The position numbers and the translations under genes were made by a program. The notes below the pieces were generated by a model. It saw nothing but the letters and a program-made list of their open reading frames with translations, did no database searches and was not told the origin of the DNA. Of a stretch of DNA of 64,000 bases, positions 63,628 to 64,000 are shown piece by piece; positions within the stretch are counted from its first letter, which is position 1, and the number at the start of each line of letters is the position of its first letter. Source of the stretch: Chrysomallon squamiferum (Eukaryota; Animalia; Mollusca). The stretch covers positions 20,460,001 to 20,524,000 of the forward strand of contig CM022673.1 of assembly GCA_012295275.1 (NCBI GenBank), written 5' to 3'.

Positions 63628-64000
63628 AAATGTTTTCTGTTGATGTTTTCATCAAAAGAGTCTTAAATGCATAAATGTATAAAATATATATGTAAAATAG
63701 TCAATTTATGTATTAGTTTTTTTACACATCTATGAATGCATTCTCTTGTGTCTACAGTTAACTGACTCTATAAATATATCCAGCATGTGCAAATTTGCAT
63801 TATTGAAAGAAAGAGGATTTTAGGGTGCATATGTTTGAACTTTATTTCTGATAAATTGAACAGAATTCATGCCAAAGAAATATTTTTCATAATTCATTGA
63901 TTTCTGGGCCCATTCATATAGAGTGGTTCCAGTTACACAACATATTTCTCATGATGCTAGTTGGTCTGCCATAGATGGGGAAACCATGCAGTAACACATG

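Noticed and set aside
63960-64000. ATAGATGGG near the window end as TMED exon 2 (expected VIDGG..)
   Set aside because: There is no suitable upstream acceptor and the following codons do not match the GOLD domain.

Overview
This is very AT-rich, microsatellite-dense, intron-containing animal genomic DNA. It looks like an invertebrate, possibly a lophotrochozoan or mollusc, but that is inference only. The left third (1-22.5 kb) is an accessory-type tandem array of three class A aminergic-type GPCR genes with intronless ORFs (TAAR/5-HT4-like). Copies 1 and 2 arose by a ~9.5 kb tandem duplication, and their differences cluster at ligand-pocket residues. Copies 2 and 3 each carry a single 1-bp frameshift, which may be an assembly error. 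The right two thirds are a compact block of conserved multi-exon genes: a ZXD-family 10-finger C2H2 gene (+), CNOT11 (-) head-to-head with RIC3 (+), and KIAA2026/BRD10 (-) head-to-head with exon 1 of a p24-gamma TMED gene (+). Notable non-coding structures are a 242-bp, ~97% identical inverted repeat bracketing CNOT11 exons 4-6 (circRNA/ADAR-type geometry), a Tigger/pogo deletion derivative, a hAT-type MITE, two ~40-bp hairpins, a perfect ERE palindrome and a pair of NF-kB consensus sites. All exon coordinates and identity counts were made by eye.
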